Shown here: positions 28,050 through 37,976 of the stretch, piece after piece
Numbering within the stretch: the stretch's first letter is position 1
Layout of the letters: every line of letters begins with the position of its first letter
From: Candidatus Hadarchaeota archaeon
GTDB lineage: Archaea; Hadarchaeota; Hadarchaeia; Hadarchaeales; JAGGTB01
Reading direction: 5' to 3'
Assembly (NCBI GenBank): GCA_964384105.1
Contig: CAYLJV010000001.1
Coordinates: 320,001-384,000 of the forward strand
Length of the DNA stretch: 64,000 nucleotides
Position numbers and translations under genes: made by a program
The notes under the pieces: generated by a model
Told to the model about the DNA's origin: nothing
The model's database searches: none
What the model saw: the letters and a program-made list of their open reading frames with translations, nothing else

Positions 28050-28286
28050 ATGGAGCGAGATAAGCTTTTGGAAAAGATCGATAAGGGAATAAAAATTGAG
28101 GAGGGTGCCATACCGATATACGCTGATTACCTACAGAAAATCGAACTCTCGGATAAAATTAGTGAAAATAAAAAAGTAGAGTTAAGGGAGAATCTAGAAC
28201 TCTTAAAGAAGGATTCGGAGAGGCATGAGAAAATGCTTAGAAAAATAGAGGATAGTGTGTTGGAGAGTGATAAGAATGAATTCTGA
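28050..28286 (+). CDS. Half ferritin-like helical hairpin protein A
   Basis: GGTGA SD then ATG 28050. IEEGAI..Y on helix 1 and DSERH on helix 2. Confidence 0.7.
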   Translation: MERDKLLEKIDKGIKIEEGAIPIYADYLQKIELSDKISENKKVELRENLELLKKDSERHEKMLRKIEDSVLESDKNEF

Positions 28287-28476
28287 AAAGAGTTTTAGAG
28301 AATACGTTGCCGAAATTAGAGAATTAGAATCTGAGATGGTCGATTACTATTCCGGTCTTATGGAGTCTATTAAGGACAAGGAAATGAAGTCTACTATTGA
28401 AGAGATAAAAGAGGACGAGATCAAGCATCAAAAGATAGTTGATAATATCGATCGAATAATAAGAGAAAACGTTTAG
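28276..28476 (+). CDS. Half ferritin-like helical hairpin protein B
   Basis: LESEMVDYY..IKEDEIKH (E..ExxH). Overlaps the previous stop. Confidence 0.72.
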   Translation: MNSEKSFREYVAEIRELESEMVDYYSGLMESIKDKEMKSTIEEIKEDEIKHQKIVDNIDRIIRENV

Positions 28477-28550
28477 AGAAGATTCTTTTCTTTATTTTTT
28501 CGGCAAAATTTTTTATTTGATCTAGTAGAAATATAATCCAGCTGATTGTT

Positions 28551-30233
28551 GTGAGTGTGACTGCTTCTGTCTTAATCGCTGGTGAGGCCGGTGATGGAGT
28601 TCGAGCTGCAGGAAATATTGCAGGTAGTATTTTCAATAGGCATGGTTTGTACTCGTTCGTCCGAGATGATTACCAATCTCTTATTAGGGGTGGGCATAAC
28701 TTTTCTCAGGTTAGAGCTTCTTCGGATAAGGTCTGGAGTCAGTTCGAGGAAACAGATGTGGTAGTTGCGTTAGATGAAAGGTCAATTAACAATCATGAAG
28801 ATCGGTTGGTGGCCGATGGGAGGCTTATTTTTGATTCTGACGAGTTGGATGTGAGTCCCGAACACGCGTGTCCAATGCCGCTTACTTCGATGGTGGAGGA
28901 GGTTGAGGGTATCGAGATTATGAGAAATTCTGCAGCTATTGGTGGCGTGGCTTTCTTCTTTGGGTTGGATCTCGAGATAGTCGCCGATCTCATGAAACAG
29001 TTTTACGGTGGAAAATCGGAGAAGAACGTTACTCTTGCTGAAAAAGGTTATGAATATGCGAAAGAAAATTTTGAGGGAGTTAGAAAGTTAGAAAAACAGG
29101 ATAGAAAGGAACTTCCATTACTTACAGGAAACCAAGCAATCTCTCTTGGAGCCGCAAAGGCAGGCTTGGATGTTTACTTTGCCTATCCTATGACACCTTC
29201 AACTTCGATTCTACACTTTACTGCAGCATATCAGGATGAATTGGACTTAACGGTAGTTCAGCCTGAGAATGAAATTGGTGTCATTAATATGGCCTTAGGT
29301 TCCGCTTATGCAGGTGCTAGAACGATGGTCGCGAGTTCGGGCGGAGGCTATGCTCTGATGCAGGAGGCATTAAGTTTAGCTGGGATGAGTGAAAGTCCGA
29401 TATTAGTAGTGGAATGTCAGAGAGCTGGTCCTAGCACGGGAGTGCCTACTTACACGGGGCAGGCTGATCTCGATTTTGCTTTAAATTCAGGCCATGGAGA
29501 GTTTCCCAGGATAGTCTTGGCTCCGGGAGATCCAGCTGAGGCGTTCTATAGGGCGGGGGAAGCCTTGAATCTCGCGTGGAAATATCAGACTCTTGTTGTT
29601 CTTCTTTCTGATAAACATCTCTCGGAGAGTTATATGACATCGCCTTTAGATACCGGAAAAGTCAATATGGAGAAACAGAAACTCGCTCAGAATCCTGGCA
29701 AGGATTACGAGAGGTATAAATTTACAGAAGATGGTATTTCTCCTTTAGCTTTCCCAGGAACATCCGAGGCAGTGATTAAGACCACGAGTTATGAGCATAC
29801 AGAATTTGGATATACTACTGAGAAACCAGAGGAAATAGCAGCAATGCAGGAGAAGAGAAGGAAGAAATTAGATGCTATCGAAAAGGATGTTTTGAACAGA
29901 GATCCTGTAAATGTGTTTGGCGATGAGGACTCCGATAATATGATTTTGGCGTGGGGCTCTACGAAAGGTGCTGTTTTGGAGACCATGAAGATTTTAGATG
30001 AGCCACTAAAGTTCGTTCAACCTATTTATCTCAGACCTTTCCCCTCGGATGAAGTCTTGAAACATATGAAAAGTGCGAAGAAGGTAATCGATGTTGAGGT
30101 AAATTCTACTGGTCAATTGGCTGGGCTTATAAAAAAGGAGACTTTGATGACTGTCGATGAGAAAATCTTGAAGTATGATAGTCGTCCGTTCAATCCACCG
30201 GATCTTGCAAAGAGGATAAGTGAGGTGTTGTGA
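28551..30233 (+). CDS. korA: 2-oxoacid:ferredoxin oxidoreductase alpha subunit (gamma-alpha fusion)
   Basis: [24 protein letters not shown] and [10 protein letters not shown]. Confidence 0.92.
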   Translation: MSVTASVLIAGEAGDGVRAAGNIAGSIFNRHGLYSFVRDDYQSLIRGGHNFSQVRASSDKVWSQFEETDVVVALDERSINNHEDRLVADGRLIFDSDELDVSPEHACPMPLTSMVEEVEGIEIMRNSAAIGGVAFFFGLDLEIVADLMKQFYGGKSEKNVTLAEKGYEYAKENFEGVRKLEKQDRKELPLLTGNQAISLGAAKAGLDVYFAYPMTPSTSILHFTAAYQDELDLTVVQPENEIGVINMALGSAYAGARTMVASSGGGYALMQEALSLAGMSESPILVVECQRAGPSTGVPTYTGQADLDFALNSGHGEFPRIVLAPGDPAEAFYRAGEALNLAWKYQTLVVLLSDKHLSESYMTSPLDTGKVNMEKQKLAQNPGKDYERYKFTEDGISPLAFPGTSEAVIKTTSYEHTEFGYTTEKPEEIAAMQEKRRKKLDAIEKDVLNRDPVNVFGDEDSDNMILAWGSTKGAVLETMKILDEPLKFVQPIYLRPFPSDEVLKHMKSAKKVIDVEVNSTGQLAGLIKKETLMTVDEKILKYDSRPFNPPDLAKRISEVL

Positions 30234-30234
30234 T

Positions 30235-31083
30235 ATGGCACTGGATTTAGATACGCCCGTTGAAAATACATGGTGTCCCGGTTGTGGCAATTTCAGTCTG
30301 TTGCAATCGGTAAAAATGGCCTTTAATGATTTGGTTGATTCGGGAGATAGAAAGTTGGAGAATATAGTAATTTCTTCTGGTATAGGTTGTCATGCTAAAA
30401 TATTTGATTATATCAAGGTCAATGGATTTTATTCTATTCATGGAAGAGTTCCTGCAACGATTTCAGGTATAAAAATCGCGAATCCCGAGCTCGAAGTTAT
30501 AGGTTTTGCGGGAGACGGAGATGCTTACAACGAGGGGGTTAGTCACTTGATCCACGCTGCTAGGAGAAATGTTGATATCACTATGGTGATTCACAACAAC
30601 AGCGTCTATGGTCTTACAACCGGCCAGTTCACCCCTACTAGTCCGAAGGGGTTCAGAGGAAAATCGACTCCTAAGGGTAGCGTTGAGGAACCTATGAATC
30701 CTCTTCACCTAATACTCGCAAATAAAGCTTCTTTCGTGGCAAGAGGATTTGCCGGAGAAATCAATCATCTTAAAGAATTGATTAAAAGCGCTGTTCTTCA
30801 CAAGGGTTTTTCAATGATCGATGTTTTACAGCCTTGTGTCACTTTCTATAACACTTGGAAGCATTACAAACAGAACGTCTACAAGCTCGAAGAGACAGAT
30901 CACGACACTGGCGGTTTTGATGCGGCGTGGGATATGGCCAAGAAAAAGGACGAAAAGATTCCGATTGGTTTGTTTTACAAGGAAGGGAGAGATACTTTCG
31001 ACGATTTAATTTTGAATGGGAAAGTACCGGTGAAAAGAGAGATAGCTCCCGATATTGATTCTGTAATTAAAAACTACATCTGA
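30235..31083 (+). CDS. korB: 2-oxoacid:ferredoxin oxidoreductase beta subunit
   Basis: WCPGCGN, SGIGC, GDGD, YGLTTGQ..PT and QPCVTF. ATG 30235 after GAGGTG. Confidence 0.92.
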   Translation: MALDLDTPVENTWCPGCGNFSLLQSVKMAFNDLVDSGDRKLENIVISSGIGCHAKIFDYIKVNGFYSIHGRVPATISGIKIANPELEVIGFAGDGDAYNEGVSHLIHAARRNVDITMVIHNNSVYGLTTGQFTPTSPKGFRGKSTPKGSVEEPMNPLHLILANKASFVARGFAGEINHLKELIKSAVLHKGFSMIDVLQPCVTFYNTWKHYKQNVYKLEETDHDTGGFDAAWDMAKKKDEKIPIGLFYKEGRDTFDDLILNGKVPVKREIAPDIDSVIKNYI

Positions 31084-31150
31084 AATATTCGGGGAAATTA
31101 TACGAATAAAAGCAGAATTTATATTTGTTATTTTCAACATCTTGATGTTA

Positions 31151-31246
31151 GGGCCCGTAGCTTAGTCCGGTTAGAGCGCCCGACCAATAGAAATTGGGGC
31201 GAAGCTCATAACCGGGTGGTCGAGGGTTCGAATCCCTCCGGGCCCA
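31151..31246 (+). tRNA. tRNA-Ile2(CAT) (agmatidine type) with 21-nt non-canonical intron at 30/31 (31183-31203)
   Basis: Acceptor GGGCCCG/CGGGCCC with A73 is Ile-type. Spliced arm is CCCGG-CTCATAA-CCGGG. Strict hBHBh': GAG/CUC, CGCC/GGCG, CCAAU/AUUGG. Confidence 0.9.
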
Positions 31247-31393
31247 CTAATTTTTCTGATTAGTTATATCTTCAGATATAAAATATTATTATCGAAGTAA
31301 GCTGTTGGTTTTTAAATTTTGAAGTATTTGTTACTATCAACAAAGCTGGGAAAGGTGTCATCTAGTCTTAAAGAGGTAAATGCGGGTGATACA

Positions 31394-32620
31394 TTGAAAA
31401 AAATTATTGGTATTGTGGTAATTGTTTTAATTGGATTCACTTTCGCTCTACAAACCCAATTCTGGAAAGATGACTCGACTTCGTCTGATATTCCTTCTGA
31501 AGAAACTTGGAACAATACTTATGGCACACGTGGTTGGGATGGATTAAATTCTATTATAGAAACTAGTGGTGGAGAATACGTTCTTGCGGGATATTCTAAC
31601 AGTAAAGCTTGGATACTAAAAACTGATAATCTTGGAAATGAAGTTTGGAGCAGATACTATTTCGGTGAGGGAATAAAGGATGATAAGGCAGTGTCTCTTA
31701 TTGAGACGGATGATGGAGGTTATGCTATAGCTGGGCAAACTTATGTTCCTGGTGATAGTAATACTGATTCTTGGTTAATGAAGGTAGATGTGACGGGTGA
31801 AAAGGTTTGGGAGAAAAGCTATTCGACTGAGGATAGGGATAAAGTCTGGTCACTTGTCCAAACTGGGGATGGTGGCTATGTATTTGCTGGACAAAAGGAG
31901 GTAAAGGGGAATGGTGGCATAGATGCATGGCTGGTAAGGACGGATAGTAAAGGGAATGAGTTGTGGAGTAATACATATGGTGGTCCAGATTATGACATTA
32001 GCGTCTGGGATGAAGCTTGGTCTGTTATCCAAACTGAAGATGGAGGATTTGTTCTTTGTGGTCAGAAGCAGAATCCAGATAAAGGGGATGTAGATGCATG
32101 GCTGTTTAAGACTGATAGTTCTGGAAGGAAGGTTTGGAGTAAAACATATGATCTTCAAGGCTGGGATGAAGCTTGGCAGGTTGTTCAAACTTCTGACGGT
32201 GGGTTTGCTTTAGCTGGTCAGACTCATTTTTTTGAAGAGGGAATAATAGATTCTTGGTTACTTAAGACTGATAAGTCAGGCAATCAGCTTTGGATAAGAG
32301 ATTATGGTACTGAAGGATGGGAGAAAATCTGGTCCCTCGTTCAGACTCAGGATGATGGCTTTGCTATGGCTGGTCAGAAACAGTATCTTGATAACGATAT
32401 TGTTGAAGCCTGGGTTCTAAGGACCGATGATTCTGGAAAGGAGTTATGGAGCAAAACTTTTAGAGGATCTCATTATGGTAGTGAAGTTTGGGATAAAGTC
32501 CAGATGATTATACAAACCAATGACGGTGGCTTTGGTATAGTGGGGGGGACGTCTACTACCGATAACAATCGCCTAGATGGTTGGTTTATAAAAACAGATG
32601 AGGATGGTAGTGGCTTATAG
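31394..32620 (+). CDS. Secreted or membrane-anchored beta-propeller repeat protein
   Basis: Signal/TM segment, then about 7 repeats of ~50 aa (S..QT.DGG...AGQ..DAWL.KTD..G..W..TYG). TTG start after GGGTGA. Confidence 0.82.
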   Translation: MKKIIGIVVIVLIGFTFALQTQFWKDDSTSSDIPSEETWNNTYGTRGWDGLNSIIETSGGEYVLAGYSNSKAWILKTDNLGNEVWSRYYFGEGIKDDKAVSLIETDDGGYAIAGQTYVPGDSNTDSWLMKVDVTGEKVWEKSYSTEDRDKVWSLVQTGDGGYVFAGQKEVKGNGGIDAWLVRTDSKGNELWSNTYGGPDYDISVWDEAWSVIQTEDGGFVLCGQKQNPDKGDVDAWLFKTDSSGRKVWSKTYDLQGWDEAWQVVQTSDGGFALAGQTHFFEEGIIDSWLLKTDKSGNQLWIRDYGTEGWEKIWSLVQTQDDGFAMAGQKQYLDNDIVEAWVLRTDDSGKELWSKTFRGSHYGSEVWDKVQMIIQTNDGGFGIVGGTSTTDNNRLDGWFIKTDEDGSGL

Positions 32621-32718
32621 CTTCTATTAGTTTTTTCTGCGCGTAGCTTGCTCTGTTGGTTTTGCTTTTAGAGAATTATAAAAGCTGTAGTTCCTACTTA
32701 TTAATTAAAAGATTTGTT

Positions 32719-33825
32719 ATGAAAATCAGAGATCGTATAATTTTGCATATTGATATGGATTCTTTTTTTGCTTCCGTAGAATCTAAAAGAAGGGGGATTA
32801 TCGATGAACCTATAGTAATATGCGTGTATTCTGGAAGATCTGAGGACTCCGGAGCAGTTTCGACCGCTAATTATCTGGCTAGAGAATACGGTATAAAAGC
32901 CGGAATGCCTATTAGACGAGCAAAAAAGATCGCCAAAGAGAATGAAGAGGAATTAGGTAAAAAATTTCATTTTATACCGGTTGATAAAGAGTACTACAAA
33001 AAGGTTTCAGAAGAGATAAGATCCAAGATACTTGAAAATTACGCTGATAGAATGGAACAGGCTTCTATAGATGAGTTTTATTTGGATATTTCTGATGAAG
33101 TAGATAATTGGGAGGAGGCTGGAGAGATAGGCGACAATATAAAAGAGAGTGTGAAGAAGAACTTTGATTTGTCGTGTTCGGTAGGTATTGGTCCAAATAA
33201 GTTAGTTGCGAAAATTGCTTCTGACAGAAACAAACCTGACGGCCTGACTTTGGTAAAGACGGAGAATGTTAAAGATTTCTTGTTTTCATTGGATCTTGAA
33301 GATATCCATGGAATTGGGAGTAAAACTGTGGAGCGCCTTTTTTCTTTAGGAATTTATTCCGTTAGAGACCTTTCAAAAGCGAATGTCAGGTCACTTATTG
33401 AAGAATTTGGTGAAAATTTAGGACCAAAACTAAAGATGAAGTCAAAGGGCATCGACGATTCGGAGGTAAAAGAAAGACGTCAGAAGCAGTTTTCTCGGAT
33501 TACTACTTTGAAGGAGAATAGTAATGATTTTGAATATATAAGTGGCTATCTTGAAGATTTAGCCAGTGAGCTTGAAAAAAGGTTAGGAAGAGAGAATCTT
33601 TTTGCTGAAAAGACAGCACTGATCACCATTGATACTAACCTAAAGATGAGAACTCGTTCAAAGAACTTTGACGTACCCTCCAGAAAAAGGGAAATAATCC
33701 TATCTGTTGGTTCGGAATTATTGAAAGAGTTTCTTAATGATTTTGACGGAGAGATAAGAAGAGTTGGTTTGAGAGTTATGGACTTAAAGGAATTGGATGG
33801 TCAGAAGAAATTGTTAGATTTTTGA
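32719..33825 (+). CDS. dinB: Y-family DNA polymerase IV (DinB/Dpo4)
   Basis: HIDMDSFFASVE, TANY.AR.YG, SIDE and NKLVAKIASD..KPDG. Confidence 0.95.
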   Translation: MKIRDRIILHIDMDSFFASVESKRRGIIDEPIVICVYSGRSEDSGAVSTANYLAREYGIKAGMPIRRAKKIAKENEEELGKKFHFIPVDKEYYKKVSEEIRSKILENYADRMEQASIDEFYLDISDEVDNWEEAGEIGDNIKESVKKNFDLSCSVGIGPNKLVAKIASDRNKPDGLTLVKTENVKDFLFSLDLEDIHGIGSKTVERLFSLGIYSVRDLSKANVRSLIEEFGENLGPKLKMKSKGIDDSEVKERRQKQFSRITTLKENSNDFEYISGYLEDLASELEKRLGRENLFAEKTALITIDTNLKMRTRSKNFDVPSRKREIILSVGSELLKEFLNDFDGEIRRVGLRVMDLKELDGQKKLLDF

Positions 33826-33835
33826 AATACTTTTG

Positions 33836-34486
33836 TTATTCTGATTTTCGGGATGCGAAGAATATAACTATTAACAAGACTGTTATCGCGCTTCCTACTC
33901 CAACTATCAGATGGGGGAAAGGAATTCTAGAAAGGATTCCCGATAGAGATTCTCTAAATCTTAATGAAAAGAGACCAAAAAAGAAGGCTATTCCTCCCGA
34001 GGGAATAATTAGAGCTAAAAGATACTTGGATTGATTTGAAAATATCTCATAAATTCTTTTTTCGGAGACTTCCTTTTCTTCCATTTCTGAACCATTTTTT
34101 TTGAATTGATTTAAGCTATAGATCAATAGGTTTCCAATTATTACTAGAACCCCGATAGCTAGAGTTGCTTCTATGGAAAGATAGTTCTCTATATTTGCCC
34201 CAATTCTTAAGAGCAAATCTATTTGAGAAAAGGAGAGAGCGGAAGGGAGATAAAATAGTACCGATAATACGTGGATCACTAGAAGATTTTTCCATTTTCT
34301 GAACATGAGTAAATAGATTATGAGTACAAGGAGTCCGGGTAGGAAAATAATATATCCATATCTTGGGAGACTGAGTAGAATTGTTCCAAGATTTCTATAA
34401 AGGGAAGTTTGTGAGAACGAATAAATTGCTGCGCTGAAAGTTGAAAATGTGATTCCTAATTGGGGAAGGTAATAATAAGATTTCAT
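33836..34486 (-). CDS. Membrane protein in MoxR operon
   Basis: About 6 TM helices. ATGA overlap with the DUF58 gene. Confidence 0.7.
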   Translation of the reverse strand: MKSYYYLPQLGITFSTFSAAIYSFSQTSLYRNLGTILLSLPRYGYIIFLPGLLVLIIYLLMFRKWKNLLVIHVLSVLFYLPSALSFSQIDLLLRIGANIENYLSIEATLAIGVLVIIGNLLIYSLNQFKKNGSEMEEKEVSEKRIYEIFSNQSKYLLALIIPSGGIAFFFGLFSLRFRESLSGILSRIPFPHLIVGVGSAITVLLIVIFFASRKSE

Positions 34487-35886
34487 CTTCTCATTTTCCC
34501 CCTTAAAAGCGCCTGTGTGAAGCTTTCTTTTGATGGTTTCCAGTCAATCCATTTAACGTACTGTTTTAGATTTTTTACAGCCTGATCGTTTTTGACTTGT
34601 AGAATTTTTTGTAACGTTTGTTCTTTCCAAGTATTTTCTATAGAACCGTAATCCGCTACATTTACAATCATTATCGGTAGTTCTTTCTTCCTCGCTCGTA
34701 TATGCTTTGATATTTCTTTTATTCCATTTTTCTGAGCGTCTGTATTTTCTGTTGTAAACCGAGTTATGATTATAGAGAATATTTTATATCCGGACATATA
34801 TTTTCTACACTTTGTAACGGCGTTCTGTAGATCCCCCTTAGCCGAGATCTTAGTGGTTCTGCTTTTCGGTCCGCGCTTTTTTATTCCTAGTGGTTCTGAT
34901 TCACTCACCATTTCCGATTTTCCTTTTCTCTCAACTTTTGGACTATCTCTAACAACTTTTAGGTCTAGAATTTCTCTCAGGATTTCGAGGTATTGTCTTT
35001 TCCCTGTTCCGGGCTTTACCATTTCTATTCCACCGTCATACGCACAGAAACCAACTTTATTTCCTTGACTCAGATAGAAGTATGATAGACTATTAGCAGC
35101 TTCAAGAGCATATTCGAAAACGTTTCCTACGGATGTTCCAAGAGCCATAGTTGAGGATTTATCCAGAAATATCCATACTAAAGCCTTCCCTTCTTTTTCG
35201 TAGTCATTTATCATTGGCCAGCATGTATTACCACTGATGTTCCTAGCAGTTGCTTTCCAGTTTATTCGGCTGAAAGGATCGCCTGGGGTATACTCCTGAA
35301 GCTCTTTTATTTCCATTGTGGGTATACCTATCTTTGGTCCGAAGGTGCTAGGAGTAGGAATCTTTGAAGAGCTTACTGTTCCCCTCACTCTTTTTGCATC
35401 TAATAACCTGGGTTTTACAGTTATTTTACGTTCACAGTCTTTACCTTCTTCAATCGATCCGATACCGAGTGGGTGATAGGATTTCCACCTTACACCGTCT
35501 AATTCGTATACCCCTCTTTTGGTACATTTGTAAATGTAATTCAACTCATCTTCCACAGGGTCTTTCCCTTTCCAGATAACTTTGTAGTTATTTCCATCTA
35601 CTAATTCGAATTCTTCGGGTAGATCATCTATTATCTCAACTATTCCCCTTCCCCCATTGATCTTTACTTTAGTCTTGCTCGTGACTGTTTCATTCAGATT
35701 TATGTTCTCTTTTTCGGGTTCTCTAATTATTTCGATCTTATGTGGTTGTTTTAAGATGAAGCTATGAAAAACGAGCAATAATGATACTAGTCCCATACTC
35801 ACTAGAACGATATTGCCGAAGAGTAAACCAGAAAAAAAGAAGATTACGAAAAATATTATTAATCCAAGAGAAATTTTAGTTTTCAA
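34483..35886 (-). CDS. DUF58 domain protein
   Basis: N-terminal TM, then EY.PGDP..RINWKATAR and IFLD.S..M. Confidence 0.9.
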   Translation of the reverse strand: MKTKISLGLIIFFVIFFFSGLLFGNIVLVSMGLVSLLLVFHSFILKQPHKIEIIREPEKENINLNETVTSKTKVKINGGRGIVEIIDDLPEEFELVDGNNYKVIWKGKDPVEDELNYIYKCTKRGVYELDGVRWKSYHPLGIGSIEEGKDCERKITVKPRLLDAKRVRGTVSSSKIPTPSTFGPKIGIPTMEIKELQEYTPGDPFSRINWKATARNISGNTCWPMINDYEKEGKALVWIFLDKSSTMALGTSVGNVFEYALEAANSLSYFYLSQGNKVGFCAYDGGIEMVKPGTGKRQYLEILREILDLKVVRDSPKVERKGKSEMVSESEPLGIKKRGPKSRTTKISAKGDLQNAVTKCRKYMSGYKIFSIIITRFTTENTDAQKNGIKEISKHIRARKKELPIMIVNVADYGSIENTWKEQTLQKILQVKNDQAVKNLKQYVKWIDWKPSKESFTQALLRGKMRR

Positions 35887-35890
35887 TTCT

Positions 35891-36862
35891 TCACCTCGAT
35901 TTGTATTTCCTCGGAGCTTCCACGTTTTCGGTAATTTCTTTTAGTATATCATCTGCACGGATTCCTTCTAGCATGTGCTCGGACGATAGTATTACTCTGT
36001 GTGATAGGGCGTCTTTTACGAAAGTTTTTACATCTTCCGGAATTACAAAGTCTCTCCCCTCGATTAGGGCCATTGCCCTCGATAATCTTAGAAGGGCTAA
36101 TCCACCTCGCGGGCTTGCCCCCACTTCGATCTTTGGGTGTTCTCTCGTTTTCCTAACTATCCTGACTATATATTCAAGAATGTTATCGTGCACAAATATC
36201 GAGTTTTCGACTTCTTCTTGAATTTCCCTGAAATTATCCTGCGTCATTACGTTTTTAACTTCTTCACTTGGGTCGTCAGCTTTCCAGTTTATTCTTCTCT
36301 TTAATATTCGGATTTCATCTTCTTGTTTATCCATGTACCCCAATGATAATTTTATCAAAAATCGATCTAGCTGTGCTTCGGGAAGAGGGTACGTGCCTTC
36401 TAATTCCAGTGGATTCTGGGTCGCCAATACAAAAAACGGTGATTTAAGCTTGTGGAGTGTTCCCTCAATTGTTACCTGTTTTTCTTCCATGGCTTCAAGG
36501 AGTGCTGCTTGTGTTTTGGGAGTTGCTCTGTTTATCTCATCTGCTAGGATGACATTACTGAATATCGGCCCCTTTTCCAATTTGAATTCAGCCTTACCAG
36601 GTTGCCAGACACGAGTCCCAATTATATCTGCGGGCATAAGATCTGGGGTGAATTGAATTCTTTTCCATTTACAGCCTATAGTTTTTGAGAGTAACTTGGT
36701 GAGAAGAGTTTTTCCTAGTCCAGGATAGTCCTCAAATAGAACATGACCATTAGCCAAGCTAGCACATAACACTTTTTTCACTGTATCTTGCTTTCCAACG
36801 AAAATTTCTCCGATGGAATCTAGAATTTCTTCACATCTTTTTTTTGCCTTTTCAATTTTCAT
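35891..36862 (-). CDS. moxR: MoxR family AAA+ ATPase
   Basis: EDYPGLGKT, RIQFTPDLMPADI, ADEINRA and ATQNP.E.EGTYPLPEAQLDRF. Confidence 0.95.
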   Translation of the reverse strand: MKIEKAKKRCEEILDSIGEIFVGKQDTVKKVLCASLANGHVLFEDYPGLGKTLLTKLLSKTIGCKWKRIQFTPDLMPADIIGTRVWQPGKAEFKLEKGPIFSNVILADEINRATPKTQAALLEAMEEKQVTIEGTLHKLKSPFFVLATQNPLELEGTYPLPEAQLDRFLIKLSLGYMDKQEDEIRILKRRINWKADDPSEEVKNVMTQDNFREIQEEVENSIFVHDNILEYIVRIVRKTREHPKIEVGASPRGGLALLRLSRAMALIEGRDFVIPEDVKTFVKDALSHRVILSSEHMLEGIRADDILKEITENVEAPRKYKSR

Positions 36863-36866
36863 GGTG

Positions 36867-37976
36867 TTACTCTTCCTCTATTTTTTCAATTGTTTTTTCC
36901 AAGACGTCTTTTCTTCTTTTTTTGTTCTTTTTCTTTACTTTCTCCTTTGTCCAGCGACTGAGTATTGGTGATGGTTCTAGGTCTTCATATTCTAATAATT
37001 CCTTTATTTGATAGAATATTTGAGTCCAGCTTTTTTCCTTTCGGCTCTCACGGAAGATCAAGTAAACTATTATTTTCTCTTTTGAGCCGTTCTCTAAGAA
37101 TTCTTCCATCGCTTTTAGTATCTCTTCTCTTTTTTTATCTTGGAGGACTCTTTCGACTTTTTGATGAGGGGTCCAGGATTCTTTTGTTTTTTCTCTGCTT
37201 CTTATATCTTGGAGTATCTTAAGGAATCCTACTATACCCAAACCAATTACTATTGACCATTCTAGTAAAAGAAGCCTTGAACCTATTGACCCCTCTAGAT
37301 AGGACCTTAGTCCAAATACATAGAAGCCGATGAAGCTACCTACAATAAAAGATAGGATGTGGAAGACATCTTTTTCCAATAAGGAATGGGGATTTTGCTT
37401 GTTTTTATAGAGAAATATGAATCCCCCGGCAACGAAAATGAGTCCCAGAAATACTGAATTTGCTATCATGGTGGCTAAGGATTCCCCAAAAATCTCGATT
37501 TGATTTGGAAATAGAGCTAGGGAAAGATTTCTGGAAAAAAAACCAAGGACAACAATGGTTGTCGACTTTAAGGCGGTTGAGAGTGATTTGTTCTCTTCTA
37601 TTCCAGAAGAGAAGATGTAGTAGAGGGAAATGAGAATAGATAGGTATAGGATGGGTTGGGCAGCTGAATTTAGTAATGAAAGAAAGGGTGTATTATCTAT
37701 AAGCAAGAAAACGAAGAGTCCAATCATCAGGAAGTGCAATGAGACTTTTAGCGTCAAAATCAGATTTCCTTCAAAGATATATCCGATTATTTCCGAAAAA
37801 ATGTATATTATTATTGCTGTTATTGCAGGTAGAACTATAAACGCAGCGTCGATCCCGTATATCAAATTAAATATCCCGTTTTCGCTGTAAAAGGAATAGA
37901 TGATTATTGCGAGTATTACTGAGAAAATCATTTTTTTGTAGCTTGTTTTGTCTTCGCCGCAATCTTCTTCTTTCAC
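36867..37976 (-). CDS. Multi-pass membrane protein in MoxR operon
   Basis: About 8 TM helices and a charged C-terminal domain. GTGA overlap with the upstream gene. Confidence 0.72.
   Translation of the reverse strand: MKEEDCGEDKTSYKKMIFSVILAIIIYSFYSENGIFNLIYGIDAAFIVLPAITAIIIYIFSEIIGYIFEGNLILTLKVSLHFLMIGLFVFLLIDNTPFLSLLNSAAQPILYLSILISLYYIFSSGIEENKSLSTALKSTTIVVLGFFSRNLSLALFPNQIEIFGESLATMIANSVFLGLIFVAGGFIFLYKNKQNPHSLLEKDVFHILSFIVGSFIGFYVFGLRSYLEGSIGSRLLLLEWSIVIGLGIVGFLKILQDIRSREKTKESWTPHQKVERVLQDKKREEILKAMEEFLENGSKEKIIVYLIFRESRKEKSWTQIFYQIKELLEYEDLEPSPILSRWTKEKVKKKNKKRRKDVLEKTIEKIEEE

Noticed and set aside
31207-31209. CAT anticodon read as tRNA-Met
   Set aside because: G1-C72 excludes the archaeal initiator (A1-U72), and the GGGCCC acceptor stem fits archaeal Ile tRNAs better than elongator Met.
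31500-32620. Repeating ~150-bp units as a CRISPR array or DGR
   Set aside because: They are degenerate in-frame beta-propeller blades. No identical repeats with spacers, and no cas or RT gene.
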